Positions 48,630 to 61,622 of a stretch of 64,000 nt of DNA are shown one piece after another. The DNA comes from Octopus sinensis (lineage: Eukaryota). The position numbers were made by a program, and so were the translations under genes. The notes below the pieces were generated by a model. That model ran no database searches. It worked only from the letters and a program-made list of their open reading frames with translations, and was not told where the DNA came from. The stretch is from NCBI RefSeq assembly GCF_006345805.1, contig NC_043015.1:40424001-40488000 (forward strand). Reading direction: 5' to 3'. Every line of letters begins with the position of its first letter. The stretch's first letter is position 1.

Positions 48630-49105
48630 CTGAAACACAAAACAAAGGACAATGAAAGCTCTGCAGTTTGGTAGTTTGTTAGTTGCTGTGATGTGGAACC
48701 ACGAAAACCAGGAACAACAAAAGACAAAATCATCTACAATCTATGAGAATGGGGGAGGAAAAGGCCAGTAGCCTAAAAGGTTAGAATGCTGGGTTTACAA
48801 TTGTAAGGTCATGGATTTCATTCCTGGATTGGTCACTTCATACCCCATTGCTCCAGACTACTCACCCCTTTTAAACACCAGTAAAAGTTCTGGTGCAGCT
48901 CTACCCCCCCCCCCCAACTACCACATCCTTGTTGCTCCACTGAATTAAAAGCGGGAAGTCACTATACTGCCATCAACTGCACCTTCATATTCCACACAAC
49001 AATTATTTTTTGTTGCTTCAGCAGTATTACAGCCCCGTTTGAACTTGTAAAGAGCATGAATTTCTGAATTAGACTATGTTGCACCCTCATCAGTGTGGCC
49101 TTTAA

Positions 49106-49327
49106 CCCTTTCGTTACCAACCCGGCCAAAACCGGCTCTGGCTCTGTAGTATAAATGTCTTGTTTTCACAGGTTTTGAATTAAAATATACCACTAAACCT
49201 TAGTCACAATTTACGTTCCTAACACTAGCTGAATGATAACTAAGTTATTTTACTAAATTCTTTGTTATATTTAAAATTAATTGAAAGAAACAGAGAGCAT
49301 CTCAACAGAAATACAGTAACAAAAGGG
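49106..49327. mobile_element. piggyBac-type MITE (second family)
   Basis: TTAA|CCCTTTCGTTAC ... GTAACAAAAGGG|TTAA. Confidence 0.8.
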
Positions 49328-50329
49328 TTAAATCACATAGATTGAAACAATGCACAACCTGCCAGGGCGCCAACCACCCCCAATGCTACCAACCTTTTAT
49401 ATCCTTGCCAAACGTTGGATACATAATTTAGCAAAGTGGAGGTAAAATGGATGTGTTCACGTGACTTACTTCGCAAGACTCCAAAATGCCCTCTCAACAA
49501 CTCCTACCGACCCAACGCCTCAACCGAATACACTACACTTTATTAGTGTTCGGATAGTTCATTCTTCTATTCCCTCCATGACCCTCACCACAACACAACC
49601 TCAGAGGTTACCTTCCACAGCTTGAAATGCTTTGCTCACATGATACACCTGCCACAATCTGGCACATATGGAAATATTGAAAAACTTTTGACTCGCCTCA
49701 GTATTACAAAAACTCTTTATTAAACCATTGTATTAATCCTAATAGCTTAATTGTACTATGCTACTATAACACTAACCTTTCAGTGTACTAAAATACTGTG
49801 ATATTATTACTCACAGTTTCGTATACTAGTTAGTTTCAAAGTCTAAACATCACATGACATCAGTACAATATAATAGTAATAATAAACAATACATCACAAT
49901 AACAATAAACAATATAAAGCAGTAACAACAAACAATATAACAGTCATAACAAACAATATAACAGTAATAATAATAATAATAATAATAATATTAATATTAA
50001 TCGATTTTGAAGCAATCTGGGAGAAATATTGATGTCTTAGAGCATCCTTTCATTCTATAAAATAATATATTTATTCTCCACGACAGAGAAGAAGGTTTAA
50101 AACTTAGCGAGATTTCCTACAGAATGGCAGACTGTTCTGCTTCCGGCAGCCATTGGCATTGGAAAGGAAGGATTCAGGTTGCAACGAAGAGAAACAAAGG
50201 AAGAAACAGCCGGAGTCTTACGGGTTTCCTGTTGTTATTATGGACTTGGGTGGATGTACGTGTGTGTGTGTGTGTGCCTGTGTACACGTATACACCACCC
50301 ACATATGTAGTCAAGTGCATATGCATATC

Positions 50330-50361
<32 letters not shown>

Positions 50362-50444
50362 TATATATAAATCTTTGTTTGATAAAGTCACACTGTATCA
50401 TGTGTCACTGCAAATAATCATTAGAGTGAAAGTTGTTTGACATC

Positions 50445-50930
50445 GATGATGGTGGTGGTGGTGAGGATGATGATGATGATGGTGGTGGTGGTGATGATGA
50501 TGATGGTGGTGATGATGATGATGATGGTGGTGGTGATGATGATGATGATGGTGGTGGTGATGATGATGATGACGGTGGTGGTGGTGATGATGGTGGTGGT
50601 GGTGATGATGATGATGACGGTGGTGGTGATGATGGTGGTGGTGATGATGATGGTGGTGATGATGATGGTGGTGGTGGTGATGGTGGTGGTGGTGATGATG
50701 ATGGTGGTGGTGATGATGATAGTGGTGGTGATGATGGTGGTGGTGATGATGATGGTGGTGGTGGTGGTGGTGATGATGATGATGTTGTTGATACTGCTGG
50801 TGATGGTGACAATGAAAATGATGATGATGTGGTGTTAATGGTGGTGATAATGAAGCTGATGGTGGTGGTGGTAATGGTGATAATGAGAATGATGGCGGTG
50901 ATGGTGATGATGATGGTGATGGTGATGGTG
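50445..50930. repeat. Compound (GGT/GAT)n trinucleotide tract
   Basis: About 490 bp of interleaved GGT and GAT triplets. Confidence 0.95.
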
Positions 50931-52550
50931 AAAGTAAATACAACATGTTGTTGGTTAGCCCCAGGCCAATTCCTTTCAAAAGTGACCCACCTCTGACCAA
51001 TCCGTCTTTTATTCAGGCACAATGTATCTAAGACTACAATATTTAAAACACCTTTTCTTCCTTAACATAGCAAGATGCAATTTCAGGTGGGTATTTCTAG
51101 TATACAGGCTCCTTTGATGGATTGAAGATGACGATGATGATAGTGATGGTAGAGATGGTGGTGGTGGTGGTGATAATGGTGGCAATGACAAGGTTTTGGT
51201 CAAATGATTCAACAGGAGCAACACGATTAAACCGTGACTCAAAATCATCCACTTGTCCCTTTAAATTCTGCTGTGGTCAGTTAACGGTCAACTGGTGTGG
51301 TCACTCACCCCACAGAGAACTGAGACAACACACTACACATGTACTGTGCCAAAATTTGAAACCAGTCATCATCACCACCGCTGCCGCCACCACCACCACC
51401 ACCACGACTACTACTACTACTACTACTACTACTATACTACTACTACTAAGGCTATGAGTTGACAGAATTGGAAGAGCATCAAACAAAAAAAAAACGTGCT
51501 TAGTGTAGTTTCTTCCGGCTCTTTACATTCTGAGTTCACATCCTGTGAAGGTCAGCTTTGCCTTTCATCCTTTTGGGGGTCAATAAAATGAAGTACCAGA
51601 CTGGAGTCAGTGTAACTGACTCGATCCCATCCCCAAATTTCAGCCTTTGAGCTTATAGTTGAAAGAAGAAGAAGAAGAAGAAGAAGAATCATCATCATCA
51701 TCATTAGGGTGGTGAGTTGGCAGAATCGTTAGCACGCTGGACTAAATACTTAGCAATGTTTCACCCACTGCTACATTCTGAGTTCAAATTCTGCCGAGGT
51801 CGACTTTGCCTTTCACCCCTCCCCATCCCATGAAAGTGCCGATCTTGTGCCAAAATTTATAATCATCATCATCATCATCATCATTATTCTGTCTTTACAC
51901 TCTGGGTTCAAATTCTGCCAGGGTTGACTTTGCCTTTCATTCCTTTCAAAGTTGATAATTTAAGTACCAGTGAAACACTGGGGGATGGGTCAATGTAAGT
52001 GACTAGTCCCCTCTCCTGAAATTTCAGGCCTTGTGCCTATTGTAGAAATTTTCTTTCTTTTATTTGTTTCAGTCATCTGACTGTGGCCATGCTGGAGCAC
52101 TGCCTTTAGTTGAGCAACTCGACCCCGGGACTTATTCTTTGTAAGTCTAGTATTTATTCTATCAGCCTCTTTTGCCAAACCACTAAATCATGGGGATGTA
52201 AACACACCAACATTGGTTGTCAAGCGATGGTGACAGGGGACAGACACACAAATATATATGACGGGCTTCTTTCAGTTTCCGTCTACCAAATCCACTCACA
52301 AGGCTTTAGTAGAAGACACTTGCCCAATGTGCCATGCAGTGGGACTGAACCCGGAGCCATGTGGTTGGTAAGCAAGCCACTTACAACACAACCATTCTGG
52401 CACCTATTTATCATCATTTTTATTTTTATTATTATTATTCCTTCAATCTCACAATGGTGATGTTGTTAACACTGGACAGTAAAGGATACTGAAAAAAAAA
52501 AAAGAAAAAAAGTAAAAAGAAAGAAAAAGAAAAAAAGTAGCCCCACTGAC

Positions 52551-52758
52551 CTGTTGGAAGTACAGATGGTGTGAGATTGTTGCAGGAATGCGATGGGGGT
52601 GGCCCATGCATGTGAGGGCTGCTGGGGACACCTGGGTGCAAGTGTGCTGGTCCTGCATGGTGACCATGGTGATGAGGGGGGTTGTACTGTGGGTGGGGCT
52701 GTGTTTGGTAATGTGAGTTGAAGGGGCTGTAATACTGTGCAGCATTGTTTGGTCCACC
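52551..52758 (-). CDS. FNDC3A: FNDC3 coding exon 1 of 15 in window (His/Pro-rich N-terminal region), 208 nt, phase 0 to 1
   Basis: Acceptor ttgtcgttgcag|GGT, donor ACAG|gtcagt. Encodes GGPNNAAQYYSPFNSHYQTQPHPQYNPPHHHGHHAGPAHLHPGVPSSPHMHGPPPSHSCNNLTPSVLPT. The phase chains into the 48629 exon; the FNDC3 N-terminus is known to be Pro/His-rich. Confidence 0.85.
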
Positions 52759-55700
52759 CTGCAACGACAACAAGAAGAGTCCATGAGTCAAACAGCAATA
52801 AGAGTCAACGAGTCAAACAACAAAAAGAATCAATGAGTCAAATAACAACAACAACAACAACAATAATAAGAGCAACAAAATACATGCAAAACTGCTTTCG
52901 TCTTTGTATTATCTCAAGACATGGTGACCACCCTGGCTGAGGAGTCTCATGAAGAGGCAGAGTTTGTCATGATTACTCAACCTCCTACAACAATTTTTAA
53001 TGGACATGTCTGATCCAATGATCTGCTTCACTGGTGATGAATGGGGGAGTCCACATTTGAGGGGGTGAGGGGTAGGTGATGTTCCTTCAAAAGAAGAGTT
53101 AAGCAAGTTCTTTCCCATGTTAATTCCATAATTATAATAATGGTCTCAAATTTTTGGCACAAGGCCAGCAAGTTTTTTTATGGGGGGGTGATTATATTGA
53201 CCCCAGTGCTCAACTGGGTCTCGTTTTATTGACCCCGAAAGGACAAAAGGCAAAGCCGACCCCGGCAGCATTTGAACTCACAACATAAATTTTGAAAGAA
53301 ACGCTGATAAGCATTTTGTCTGGCATGCTAATGATTCTGCCATACTGTCTCCTGATATAGTGACCACCCTGGCTGATATTACAAACACGATGAGGTGGAG
53401 GTGGACATGATTATTCCACCCCCTACAACGATCTTTAATGAAGAGTCTGAACTAATCATCCGCATCACTTGTGATGAATGGGAGAGTCTATATTTGTGAG
53501 AGTGGAGGGCAGGTAGGTGAGATTCCTTCAAAGGAAGAGTTAAGTAAGGTCTTTCCCATGTTAATTCCTGTACAACAGATAATCGTTAACGTTGATGCTA
53601 ATTATCCAGCATCCTATCCTTACTCAACAGAGAGCCGTATTGTACAGTTATGTTTTAGTAAGCGTGTGTGTGTGTGTATATGTACAACTGGTGTGTTTCT
53701 GTATGTGCAAGTGAGTATAGATGCGTAGGAAGATCAGTGGTGTGTGTGTTTGTATGTGGATATGAATATGTGTGGAGCTGTGTATGTAACTGCGTACAGA
53801 TGTGTAGGAAGTTCTTTGTATTGAGGTGTGTGTGTGTGTATATGCTTGTCTGCAACTAGTATGTGAGTGAGTACAGATGTGTAGGAGGCTCTATTTGTTT
53901 GTGTGTCTGTTCATATGCTTACATTCACACACACACACACACACATCAAGTCTTTAATAACTGTTCATTATTATTATTATACAGATGCTGGCAGAATCGT
54001 TAGCACACCGGGTAAAATGCTTAACGACATTTCTGTCTGTCTTTGTGTTGTGAGTTCAAATTCCGCCAAAGTCGACTTTGCCTTTCATCCTTTCAGGGTG
54101 ATAAAACAAAGTACCAGATAAATACTGGAGTTGATGTAATTGACCTGCCCCCTCCCCCACTGAAATTGCAGGCATTATGCCAAAACCTGAAACCATTATC
54201 ACACACACACACACACACACATCCCTTTCTCCTTTCTGATGAAGAGCTATACTCAAAACATTCTCTCAGCTAATACATTCCTTGTGTATGTCCTCTTGTT
54301 TTTTTGCTATAATTAATTTTAATGCTCGTTTATTTGATTTTGACTATATGCACCATCATCATCATCATTTGACATCCATTGTCCATGAGTTGAACAGTTT
54401 AATTGGGCTGGCACACTGGAAGGCCGTGCCAGGCTCCGGTCTGATTTGGCATGGTTTTTCTACGGCGGGATGCCCTTTCTAACGCCAACCACTCTGAGAG
54501 TGTAAAGGGTGCTTTTACATGCCACCAGCACGGGAGCCATTTGTGTGACACCGGGGTGCACTTACGTGTCAATTTGTGTGACACCAGGGTGCACTTGTGT
54601 GTCAGTTTGTGTGACACCGGTTATCTGCCACAACTGCCATTTTGCTCGGCTTGATATAATTTATTCTCAGAGAAATTTAGAAAAATGTTACAGAGATTCA
54701 AAGTCTGATCACTTTCAGTTCAACCAGAAGAAATGGAATCGGTAAGCAGTATTTTCTAGGTTATTTCTGCCTTGTCACAAAGTGACAGGCAGAAATAACA
54801 CAAGCACGAGGCATATGTTTTCATACCACACAAGATGAAATTTCAGATCCTAGGTCAGTAAGCTAACACATTCCTCCATAGATTAACTCTAATGTATTAT
54901 TTACCAGCATTGAGCTCTTTAACGGAGTTTGTAGCTTTTAGTTCTGAGAAATAAGCACACCTTCATGGATGAGTGTGCACGTGCGTGTGTAGGTCTACAT
55001 ATATATATATGCTGTCCAAGAATTTGGACCTGGAGATCTTCATTTCCAGTGACTTCGAGGGCCATCTCCCAGTGGTGTCGGGTGTCAAGGAAGAGCCCTT
55101 GACTACAAGATGACCAAAGTTTTTTTTTTTCAAGGTCTGGGGTCTCCCGCCCCAAAGCCTTGACCATCAACTAACCACCCTTACCCGTCTTGTTGCTTAA
55201 CAACAACAACAACATATATATGCATGTGTATATCAAGCTATCATGTGACTGAGCAGACTATCAGACGTTACACATCACTGGCCACAGTGCGCTTTTGCAT
55301 TGCCTTAGCCTTCGAATGACGCCACTCCACTGGCTAGGTGACCAGGTCAAAAGGGGAACTGGAGCAACACAAAATGAAGTGTTTTGCCCAAGAACACAAT
55401 GCATCATCCAGCCTGGGAATCGAACCCATGGTTTGTCAATCGCGAGTGCAACAACCTAACCACTAGGCCACGTGCTTTCACACATGTATGTGTGTGTGTG
55501 TGTGCAGAATAGGCATAAAAACAACTTAATACACACACACACACACACACTTGTGTTACTGTTATTCTACAACTAACAGAAATATTTTTTTAAAATCTAG
55601 TGTCAAGTTTCGCAAAACAAACTGTGTGTATAGGTGTATATGTATATATGTATATATATGCGGATGGTTGTGTGAATTTCTCCTAGAGCCAATCTGAGGT

Positions 55701-56271
55701 TTAATTTACTAATCTGTGGATTAACTGTTCCCTGAGTGCTTCATCTTAACCTAGTCTTCAGTTTATTGGTGTATAAGTGTGTGTGTGTATTTATAAATAT
55801 GTGCGTACATACAGACATACACAAACACACATATGTACGTATATATATATATACACACACACACACATACATATATGAACATACAGACACACATACAGAC
55901 TTATACTCAGTATAAAGTTACAATGTAATATATTACATATATATAATTTTAGTATTAACTTTTGATATTTCAATTCCCATTATAATTTCATATGCTGAAA
56001 TCAATAGCAGTGACACTTTGCGGGGTAGGCTCGATTCAACCAAGTATACACATTCCTGTACGAATTATAACCATTATCATATACACACAACAGATTAGAC
56101 CGTTGGAAAAGTAAAGAATCTTAACATCAGGTTACAAGTAACCTTAGATGACAAGACCCCACCGAAATATCCCAGCTGTCCCTAATAACACTGTTTCCTG
56201 GAGCTGTACTAAACTGGGTTTTATGCCTATTTCCTCTATCCATCTGTTCAAATCTTTGGGGATAGTTATCA

Positions 56272-56645
56272 CCATTATTATTATTATTCTTTTTCTTTAT
56301 CATAGGTTTTGTTGGAGCTCCTGGAGTTTACTACCTGCAGCCTACGGTATCATGCTATCCATCCTTTTCAGCTATCTAATACTTTCCTGTTTATTCTGGC
56401 CGTGCCAAGGAGACAAACCTTTTGTAACAGTTCTAATGGGCACTCTATTCCAATTTCCTTTATATTCCCCTTGATGTCTTCTGATACTGTTCCCAAAGAC
56501 CCAACAATAATTGACACTATCTTCACCTTCTTCATTTTCCATAGCCAAACTATTTTGTACTTAAGTGGGTTGTATCTAACTATCTTTTCGCCTTCCTTCT
56601 TGGCTATTCAGGGGTCAAAGGGACATGCAACATCAACTATATGAC
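56272..56645 (-). mobile_element. R4/Dong-like RLE-type non-LTR retrotransposon 3' end
   Basis: Translates as IVDVACPFDP*IAKKEGEKIVRYNPLKYKIVWLWKMKKVKIVSIIVGSLGTVSEDIKGNIKEIGIECPLELLQKVCLLGTARINRKVLDS*, then a short UTR and (TAA)n. Confidence 0.8.
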
Positions 56646-59633
56646 ACGTGTGGTGCACCTTGTCCAGTCTGTTATGCTCTAGCACCTGATCTGTTTGGAT
56701 GGGATTTTGCTAGTCTCTGCAGTTTGTGCTCATACCACATCTTACCTCTCTCTAGCCTCAACTTTTCACACAGTTTCCAATTTAGCACTTTTGCTACTGG
56801 GTCGCGTCACCACAACTTGTAGTGGTTTTGATTATTACTATTACTATTATTATTACTATTATTCCGCCAAGGTCGACAAATCAAGTACCAGTTGAGTACT
56901 GGGGTTATGTGATCGACTGTCCCCCTCCCCACAAAACCCAAGCCTTGTGCCTATAGTAGAAAGGACTACCATTATTATTATCACAAAGTACCAGCTAAAT
57001 ACTGGATTCAATGCTATCAACTACTCCTCTTAAAAATTGCTGGGTCCTTAAGGGTCCATATAAGGCTTTGTTGTTAAAATTTTTATGTGCATCAAATCAC
57101 TTATACATCTTCAATACACAAAATATTTTCACAAATTTCTAACAATATTTAATTATAAAAATAGGGTTTTTTAAACATTAAATTGGTATAAGGGTTCATC
57201 TGAATAAAAATAGGGATCAAAGGGGCCCATAGATAAAATACGATTGAGAAACACTGTGATAGATAGACCTTGTAAGGTGGTGCCCCAGCTTGGCCAAAAG
57301 TCAAACGACTGAAACAAGTAAAAGATACAAGTACATACAAACACACACACATGCCACCTCCCACCCCACCAGATCCTTACACCCAGTCTTTCTTCCCCCT
57401 TTATACACCCCCAAGTCCTAATGCCACCCCACCCCCACCGTTTAAGTCAACATTGAACACAAAAATATAAACCAGAAAAAGAAAGAAAAGCAGAGGAAAG
57501 GATGTGTTTGGTAGGATTGATGTTGTGATGAAGATGATGATGATGATGCTGGTGGTGGTGGTGGTTGATGGTAATGGTCTGTGATGATGTGTGCAGGATG
57601 GTTGTGGTTGTTGTTGCTGTGGTAGTAGTAGTAGTAGTAGAGGTGGTGGTGGTGATGGTGAGATTTCTGTGTTGCCTACAGAAACAGTGTCAGGTTGCCA
57701 GCCAAATTGTGAAGTAAGAATCAAATGACGAGGTGGAGGGAGGGAGGGAGGGAGAGAGAGAGAGAGACAAAGACAGAGAAGGAGAGGTGGAGAGGTAGAG
57801 GTGAGGGAGGGGAGAGAGAGAGAGAGAGAGAGAGACAAAGACAGAGAAAGAAAGGAGAGGTAGAGAGGTGAGGGAGGGGAAAAAGTGCTGTCTTGCATAA
57901 AGATGTTGAATTAAAGTCTTCAGTTACTGTAGTTCTTGGAGGAAACAATACACACACAGACATGCACACGCACAGACATACACACACACACACACACACA
58001 CACAGAGGGTGGTGCTCCCACATGGTCTTGGTTATGATGGCTGACAAAACTAAAGACTACATTACGTATATAAACGCATTCCACCCAACAGTTACATGGA
58101 GAGAGAAATATCACAGCAATTAGGGATTTGCTGTTTACGTACGGCGTACACACACACACACACACACACAGAGTTGTGTTGTGATGTGGTTATATGCTGT
58201 GGGTTCCGTTTTGTAAGGGTTACGTGATATGGAGTCCCAGCTGTAGATGCTTTTTTTAAAAGTGATAAAACCATTTGAGCAATGCTGGTGATTATAATTC
58301 TCAACACTGGACAAATAAAGAGGCCCTCACGGTAAGGTTGACGAGAATAGAATCCCTCACGGTAAGGTTGAAGAGAATAGAACCCGAGTGGTTGGAGTCA
58401 ATTCCAGCAAAAGCCCAACATACATCGCCCAGGCCTTTCTACTTGTCTTTCAGGGTGCACTTGGTTCTCATATGTTTTGCTTGCTAAACGAAAATGACAA
58501 GGAACAACAGAATTCTATGTGTGACTATCATCATCATCATCATCATTGTTCGACCGTAGTCGAGACAATGGAATTTACCATGCTATGCCAGACTTCACGG
58601 TCCATCATGGCATTACGGAGGTCCTGTTGCTGGATGCCTGTATCCCTGGAGATTACATCAGGGTAGGAGAGTGTGTACCCTCTGGTATTGCGAGTAGATG
58701 GCTTCCAGAGGAGAAGAGTAGAAATTGCCTCGTGTAACTATACAAAGGTTGAGTAAAGAAGAATGATGTCCAGATTTCTCAGACTTGAAGATTCTGGGAA
58801 TCCAAGAACATATCCTGCAAGCCACATCAACTTTATTCTTGATGCCGATGTTCCAGCTTATATTATGGTTTATAATTTACTCTGAAGTCTTTTAACATCA
58901 TTATTGGATACCATAAAAGATTCTACCAAATAGAGAGAATATTCTTAAGAACATCCTCTTTGACAAATTTTCCCTCATCCAATTTCTTTTTCTCCCATTG
59001 ACTACCATCTTTATTTTCTTCCCAACCACTCCTGCCCACCACTACATAATGCGTGGTAGCCATGGATCTCCTGTACAGCAAGATCCCTATTTTTGTCCCT
59101 CTGTCATACTTTATGCCCTTCAGCACTTGGCAAAGAAACCCCTCTTCCTACTTAGTCTCTTGTAGGGGTCTCTTTCTTGTATTTTTCTGTCATACAATTT
59201 ACTTTGTAACCTCACAAGTGCCAGTGGCACAAAAGAAGGGCACCCAGTACTCACTGTAAGATGGTTGGTGTTAGGAAGGGCCTCCAACCATAGAAACCCT
59301 GCGAAATCAGACACTGAAGCTTGCTGCAACCCTATGGCTTGTCAGATCTTGTCAAACACTCAACCCATGCCAGGGATGAAAACACACCAGCACCGGTTGT
59401 CAAGCGATGTTGGGGGGACAAACACAAACACACAAACATATACATACATACATATATACGACGGGCTTCTTTCTGTTTCCGTCTACCAAATCCACTCACA
59501 ATGCTTTGGTCGGCCTGAGGCTATAGTAGAACACACTTGCCCAAGGTGTCATGCAGTGGGACTGAACCTGGAACCATGTGGTTGGTAAACAAGTTACTTA
59601 CCACAAACCTACTCTTGTGCCTATATATACACA

Positions 59634-60365
59634 CACAGAGGATGCACGTTTTTTAAATGGCTATTACTCAGCCCCAGTGGGGGGGGGGGACTAATGTCCA
59701 ACTGGTACCATTCGGTCTGGTGTCTTAAGATATTTTTTCTTTTCAGACAAAGCCATGTCGCTGTGGACAACAGAACATCACGTGTTTGCCTACAACAGTT
59801 ACGTGAAGAATAACAAGTCTGTCACAGCAGTTCAGTGTGAGTTTTGGCTGCACTTCAACATTCAGCGAAATCAGGTTGTTCCCATCTGTAACACAACCTT
59901 ACATTGAGTGAATGCACTTTGTACACGAGGTACACTAATGAATAGGAGAACAATGGGGGCACCACAAATGGTATGGACCCCAGAAAATGTAGAATGCATC
60001 AGAAGTCCGATTCACTCTGCTCGGAGGCATTTTACTGAACTTGGCATTGGTAATCAATCGGTAAGGTATATTTTGCATGAAGACCTGCATTTCCACCTGT
60101 ACAAATTGGTAATTGGGCAACAGTCCCAGAAACCATGGGACTATCCAGAGTAATGCTGAAGAGAATGGAGGCCAGCTTCCAAGAACACCTTCAGAAATGC
60201 ATCAATGGAAACAGACACCACATGATGGATGTTGTTTTCCACGCTTGATTTTTACGAATACTAATTCAATACGAACACATTAATGTCAATAAAATTAGTT
60301 TACAGCTAAAATTAATGACTTTGTGAATTTTTCAAAACATGTCCGTCCTCTCTGCCCCACCCCGT
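59634..60365 (+). mobile_element. Internally deleted Tc1/mariner transposon (DUF4817-type N-terminus)
   Basis: From ~59755: MSLWTTEHHVFAYNSYVKNNKSVTAVQCEFWLHFNIQRNQVVP...TPENVECIRSP..SARRH..ELGI.NQSVRYILHEDLHFHLYKL, then directly a C-terminal remnant (SFQEHLQKCINGNRHHMMDVVFH). Degenerate TIRs; ends in CGTA. Confidence 0.75.
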
Positions 60366-61427
60366 ACATGGAGAGGTATTCACATAAACAAGTTGTGTCT
60401 AAATCTGTGTGAATAGACATGTGTATGTATGTAGAAGAATGATACATACAGGAATTACACGCAAACACAGAAGCATTTCCCACTACCTAGCAACCCCCTC
60501 CATCTGTCTGTCTCTCATTCTCTCTGTATATAAGACACACAGACACAGATACACACCCACACACACACATTCATCATTCCTATATGTGTGAATGAATATT
60601 CTACTGCGACTACATGCTCCGATCAAAGACACACACACACCATTCCTGTTCCAGAAAAACATCTCAATATGGATCACACTTGGACAAATACACAATATTT
60701 TCATTTCTGAGGCCCACCTTTTCCTAAAGCAGCCCCCCGTTTTCTTTCTCCCCCAGAACAAAACCACTGCCCCTCCCCATGCCCGCCCCACCTTTCCCCT
60801 TCTCTCTTCCCAACCGGGTTTCAATGTGGATCCCATTATTGAGTCAACAACTGGGATTTAGGTTTTCAGGTTGCGTACACCAGAGGAACCCATTCTGAAG
60901 ACTATTTCGGGAAAAGTGGATATGGACATATAAATGCGTGTGTATGTGTATAATGTATGTGTGCGTACATGTGTGTGTATATATCATCATAATGTTGTCG
61001 TCATAGTTTTAACATCTACTTTTCTATGCCTTCATGAGTCAGACAGAAATATGCTGCAACAGAGTTCTCTCTGGGTGGTCAGCCTCCTTGTCACCACCAA
61101 CTGCCACCTCTTTCCAAACGATGCGAATAATGTCCCAGCCTGTTGAATCGCAAACAGCTTGGACAGCCTTTCACAGTGGACGGTAAACAAGGATGACCGT
61201 TTGTGAAGCCATTGCTTACAACTGGTGAGTGAACACATGTACAGAAAAATGGGAATTTTCATTCACATAACGAGATTCTTTCAATTTTCTGTCAAAGAAA
61301 TCCATCCACAAGGCTTTGGAAGACTTGGGGTTGTAGCGGGAAAGACTTGCCCAAGGTGCCACACAGTGGGACAGAACCTGAATTCATGTGGTTGGGAAGC
61401 AAACTTCTTAATCACACAGTCATACCC

Positions 61428-61458
<31 letters not shown>

Positions 61459-61480
61459 CTTGCATATGTATGTATGTATG

Positions 61481-61537
<57 letters not shown>

Positions 61538-61572
61538 CAATATGTGTATGTGTACATGTTTGTATGTGTATA

Positions 61573-61622
<50 letters not shown>

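Noticed and set aside
50398-51022. Poly-His, Ser-Pro and Asp-Gly ORFs as real proteins
   Set aside because: Stop-free trinucleotide repeat with no flanking splice signals.
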